A stretch of DNA of 64,000 bases from Planctomycetota bacterium (GTDB taxonomy: Bacteria > Planctomycetota > PLA2 > JAEUHO01): contig CBDCWP010000010.1 of assembly GCA_965223505.1 (NCBI GenBank), forward strand, positions 64,001-128,000, given 5' to 3'. The position numbers and the translations under genes were made by a program. The notes under the pieces are model-generated. The model was not told the origin of the DNA. It was given only the letters and a program-made list of their open reading frames with translations, and searched no databases. Below are positions 60,447 to 64,000 of the stretch, piece after piece; positions within the stretch are counted from its first letter, which is position 1, and each line of letters begins with the position of its first letter.

Positions 60447-63269
60447 CTAGCGGCCCAGCAGGCGGGCGCGCTCCTGCGCGGCGGCGGCGAGGTCGGGGAG
60501 GGCCGCGGAGGCGAGCACGTCGCCCAACTGCTGGTAGTACGCCGCGGAGTGGGACCAGCGGCCGGCCGCCATTTCTTCGAGCCGAAGCGTCCAGGACGAC
60601 GTCTGCTCCGCGCTCGCCGGCGTCGCCTCGCGTCGCAACGAGGTCTCCGCCGCCGCCAGGGCCGCGGTCGTGGACAGCCACGCACGGTCCTCCCTCGTAA
60701 GCTTCGAGGCCTCTTCGAAGAGCCCCTGAGCGGCGGCCAGGTCGCCGCGAACCAGCGCCACCTGTCCCCGGAGGTAGCGCACCCCCGACCGGCTGGCGGG
60801 ATGCATCGAGTCGATGCGATCGAGCTGGTCGTCGGCGGTGTCGAGGAACGCCAGTGCCTTCGCGCGGTCGGACGCGACGTCGCGCGCCGCGCAGGCGATC
60901 AACGTGCGCGCGTAGCGTCCGTACATGGACGGGTTCTTGTCCTTCGCGTCGCCGATCGTGCGCCGCATGACCTCGCGTGCTTCGTCGAGGTCGCCCGTGA
61001 CCGTGAGGTACTCGGCGTATCGATAGCTCACCTCTTCCGACGCGCTCGAGAGCTCGCGCGCTCGCGCGAAGTCGCGCCCCGCCGCGGCGAGGTCGTCGTC
61101 GGGCGTGTCCGCGACCTCGGCGCGGCGCACGTACGTCTCACCGCGGTAGGCGAGCAACACCGCGTTCTCGCCCTGGATCTCCATCCCGGTCGTGTAGTTC
61201 TCGATGGCGTGGTCGTACGAAGCTCGCGCTTCGGCGCGATCCCCGTTGCGGCGGTGCATGCGGCCTTCGGCCTGATGGCAATAAGCGAGATCGAAATAGG
61301 CGCCGACCGCGTGCTTCCCTTTCAGGAGCTCGTAGAGCCTCATGGCCTCTTCCAGTCGCCCCGCATTGCGCAGGGAGACGGCGAGACCCATGAGGTAGTT
61401 CGCGTCATCGCGGATCTCGCCCAGGGCCTTCAGGTCGGCGGTGACCCGATCGAAGTCGCCGACGTGGTAGTAGCAGCCGGAGCGCAGCTCGAGGAGGTCG
61501 CCGCGCAGGTCGACCTGACACCGGTAGGTCGGATGCTCGTCGATCCGGCGCAACCCGAGTGTCAGCGCCTCGATGGCGGCCTGCCACTGCGACGTCGCCG
61601 TGTCGTACGCGCCGTTCTCCGTCGCATCGCCCGCCGCTCGCACAGCCACCCACGCTTTCGCGAGGAGGGCCGCCGCGGAGCGCGGATCCCTCATCACCGC
61701 CGCCTCCGCTTGCTCGGACGCGACGCTCAGCGACGCCGACCGCTTGGCGCCGGGCTCGGCTGTCTCGGCGCGGGCCAGCGCGAGCCGGCTCGTGGCCAAC
61801 GGCAGCTCGGGGTGATCCGACGCGTGCTTGCGGAGCTCGTCGATGTCGTCTTGCGCGATGCGCAACCGGCGGCCCCGGGGATCGTGGAGCCGAACGGCGG
61901 CCTCCTGATCCAGCAAGAAGCGCAGTCGCCACAGTCGTGCTTCGACGTGGCGCGGCGCCTTCAGCAGCGCGTTGCCGAGCGCATTGACGGCCGCGTCGGC
62001 GCTTTGCTCGTCGTCGCCCGTGCGCCAGTGAAAGCGACTCCACATCACCAGCACCTCGGGTGTCTCGCCGAGCTCGTACTGCGCTCGATTCAGGTCCTCC
62101 TTGGCATTGGGGTCGCCGGCCAGGATGCGCGCCTCCGCCGCGCGCAGATGGTCCTCGCCCGTCGCCTCGTTCGTCCGGTGCAGACGGGCGAAGAGCTTCA
62201 CCGCATCTCGGAAGGCGCACGTCTCCATCGCGCGCGTTGCTTCCGCGCGCAGCGACGCCGGGTCGTCTTCGTCGAGCGCCCGGATGATCCAGACGGCGAG
62301 AACGGCGGCCAAAGCGAGCGCCGCAACGCCGAGGACGCGAGCGCGACGTCGAGGGACGGACGGCCCGGCCGCGCGGACGGAAGTGCGCGATGGGGCGGCC
62401 AGCGGCGCGCCGCCAAGCGCCTCGCGGAACGCGCCTGCCGTCTGAAAGCGGCGTGCCGGATCTCGCTCCAACGCACGCGACACGACCGCGCGCGTATGCT
62501 CCGACACGCTGCCTGCCCCTTCGATGGCGATCGACGGGATCGGATGCTCGAGGATCTGCATCATCACCGAGAACGCGGAGTCGCTCGAGAACGGGGGCTT
62601 GCCGGTCAGCATCTCGTACAGCACGACGCCTGCAGAAAAGAGGTCGCTGCGCTCGTCCACGTCGGGGCTCGCCCGTACTTGCTCCGGCGACATGTACGCG
62701 ACCGTGCCGACGAGCTGCCCCTCGACGGTCACCTGGGTGCCGGGCATCTGCTGCTCCAGTGGGCGCAGGATCCGCGCGAGCCCGAAGTCGAGCACACGCA
62801 CGCGATCGCCCTCGTCGAGCATCACGTTGTCGGGTTTGAGATCGCGATGGACGATGCCGACCTCGTGCGCCTGGCGCAGCGCGTCGAGGATCATGTCCGT
62901 GACGGCGACGGCGCGGGACTCGGGAAGCGCGCCTTCGCGTTCCAGGACGGCGCGCAGCGACTCGCCCGCGCACAGATCCATCACGAGGAAGAGCAGTCCC
63001 TCCTCTTCGCCGCAGTGGCGCAGCTGAACGATGTGCTGGTGATTGAGGCGCATGAGCGTGCGTGCCTCCTGCACCAGCCGCGCGCGAACGTGCTCGTCGG
63101 CGGCGAGCTCGGCGTGAATGACCTTGACGGCGAAGCGTTCGCCCATGAGCTCGTGCCGCGCCGCGTAGACCACGCCCATCGCGCCGCGCCCGATGACCTC
63201 TTCGATGCGATACGTGCCGGCGAGCGTGCGCCCCGTCAGGTCGTCGTCATGCGCCGGGTTTCGAGTCAC
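60447..63269 (-). CDS. Membrane Ser/Thr kinase with extracytoplasmic TPR-like domain
   Basis: GRGAMGVVY, AVK, HRDLKPDN, DFG, GTVAYMSPEQ; TM VLGVAALALAAVLAVWII. Confidence 0.9.
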   Translation of the reverse strand: MTRNPAHDDDLTGRTLAGTYRIEEVIGRGAMGVVYAARHELMGERFAVKVIHAELAADEHVRARLVQEARTLMRLNHQHIVQLRHCGEEEGLLFLVMDLCAGESLRAVLEREGALPESRAVAVTDMILDALRQAHEVGIVHRDLKPDNVMLDEGDRVRVLDFGLARILRPLEQQMPGTQVTVEGQLVGTVAYMSPEQVRASPDVDERSDLFSAGVVLYEMLTGKPPFSSDSAFSVMMQILEHPIPSIAIEGAGSVSEHTRAVVSRALERDPARRFQTAGAFREALGGAPLAAPSRTSVRAAGPSVPRRRARVLGVAALALAAVLAVWIIRALDEDDPASLRAEATRAMETCAFRDAVKLFARLHRTNEATGEDHLRAAEARILAGDPNAKEDLNRAQYELGETPEVLVMWSRFHWRTGDDEQSADAAVNALGNALLKAPRHVEARLWRLRFLLDQEAAVRLHDPRGRRLRIAQDDIDELRKHASDHPELPLATSRLALARAETAEPGAKRSASLSVASEQAEAAVMRDPRSAAALLAKAWVAVRAAGDATENGAYDTATSQWQAAIEALTLGLRRIDEHPTYRCQVDLRGDLLELRSGCYYHVGDFDRVTADLKALGEIRDDANYLMGLAVSLRNAGRLEEAMRLYELLKGKHAVGAYFDLAYCHQAEGRMHRRNGDRAEARASYDHAIENYTTGMEIQGENAVLLAYRGETYVRRAEVADTPDDDLAAAGRDFARARELSSASEEVSYRYAEYLTVTGDLDEAREVMRRTIGDAKDKNPSMYGRYARTLIACAARDVASDRAKALAFLDTADDQLDRIDSMHPASRSGVRYLRGQVALVRGDLAAAQGLFEEASKLTREDRAWLSTTAALAAAETSLRREATPASAEQTSSWTLRLEEMAAGRWSHSAAYYQQLGDVLASAALPDLAAAAQERARLLGR

Positions 63270-63850
63270 TTCGCGCCGCCTCGTTCCAACAGCTTCCGCA
63301 GGCGTTTCATGCCGCGCGCGTGGAGCTTGCGCGCCGCCTCGGCGGTGGGCCGCTCGGTGATGGCGGCGATCTGCTTGAACGTCAGCTCCTCGAAGTCGTG
63401 CAGAGCGATCATCTCGCGCTCGCCCTCCGGCAGCCGCTCCATGGCGGCGCGGAAGCGCTGGACCTCCTCGACGTCCGAAGCCCAGGTCGCGGGATCAGGC
63501 GCTTCGGACGGGGGCGGCGCGTCGTCCAGCAGCGGCAGGTACGAGCCGCCGCCCGGTCCCGTGACCTTGCGGGACAGCGTGCGGATGCGGTTGCGCACGA
63601 TGGTGGCCATCCAGGCGAGCACCTTCGTCTCGTTCTCGAAGCGCGCCCGCATGCCGCCTTCGAGCACGCGCCGGAACGCCGACTCAGCGATGTCGAGCGA
63701 GTCGACCTGGCGCCGCAGGCCGGGATTGAGGAGGCGCCGGGCAAGGCCGCGCAGAAACGGTTCCACCTCGGTGTAGAACTCGTGGACTGCGATGCCGTCC
63801 CCGGCGCGAATGCGGCGCATCAGCTCCACCATGTCGGGCACATCGGTCAT
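63266..63850 (-). CDS. ECF sigma factor
   Basis: LRRQVDSLDIAESAF, AWMATIVRNRI, LPEGEREMIALHDFEELTFKQIA; 4-bp overlap with the kinase. Confidence 0.85.
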   Translation of the reverse strand: MTDVPDMVELMRRIRAGDGIAVHEFYTEVEPFLRGLARRLLNPGLRRQVDSLDIAESAFRRVLEGGMRARFENETKVLAWMATIVRNRIRTLSRKVTGPGGGSYLPLLDDAPPPSEAPDPATWASDVEEVQRFRAAMERLPEGEREMIALHDFEELTFKQIAAITERPTAEAARKLHARGMKRLRKLLERGGAK

Positions 63851-63925
63851 CGAAATCGAAGGCTAGCATCGACGCACTCGGCGCGGCAACGGCCCTGACC
63901 GGGTGCCTTGGACCTCGGAGGCGAA

Positions 63926-64000
63926 GTGGCTGCGGCAACGCTGGAGACGACGCGACTGGTCCTGCGACCCTACGTCGCCGACGATCGGCCGGCGTTCGTG
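63926..64000 (+). CDS. RimJ/RimL-type GNAT acetyltransferase (partial, runs off the window)
   Basis: GGAGG RBS; LETTRLVLRPY..DD N-terminal signature. Confidence 0.65.
   Translation, partial: MAAATLETTRLVLRPYVADDRPAFV

Noticed and set aside
59967..63776. Long antisense ORFs (e.g. 59967..63776, 7588..9819, 17180..19534, 12407..14830)
   Set aside because: These are shadow frames (antisense or same-strand alternative) of real genes, expected in high-GC DNA; no motifs and biased composition.

Overview
GC-rich bacterial chromosomal window, most likely Planctomycetota. This taxonomy is an inference from two ECF sigma/Ser-Thr kinase pairs, an ASPIC/UnbV lipoprotein and a short-type topoisomerase IV. 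1-26.9 kb is housekeeping: RND pump, K+ channel, MarR, cysK, parC/parE, proline dehydrogenase, membrane-fused spermidine synthase, a yggS-FHA kinase-DUF167-purN operon, tatA, tilS, gap, rpe, accD and a GNAT, with GTAG-type REP doublets including a 95-bp tandem array. tRNA-Asn (26914-26989) anchors an accessory region. The tRNA 3' end (GGGGAGCCA) recurs at 30819 and 31730 with conserved flanks, which defines a tandem array of decayed integrative islets. These carry a serine-recombinase remnant, a truncated IS481-like transposase, a BrnT/XRE toxin-antitoxin pair and an RHH plus small-protein pair that looks like an uncharacterised toxin-antitoxin system. Downstream are further gene remnants, a beta-helix protein, OsmC, a CTAG-flanked MITE, and a SET-domain methyltransferase facing a 31-aa histone-tail-like peptide. 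The rest holds an SLC13 permease, a dehydrogenase with a lipobox, a soluble kinase-ATPase-TPR protein coupled to an ECF sigma, several lipoproteins, a DEAD-box helicase and a second ECF-kinase pair. Five genes carry single-base insertions in short runs, probably sequencing errors. All family calls come from reading motifs by eye; no searches were run.
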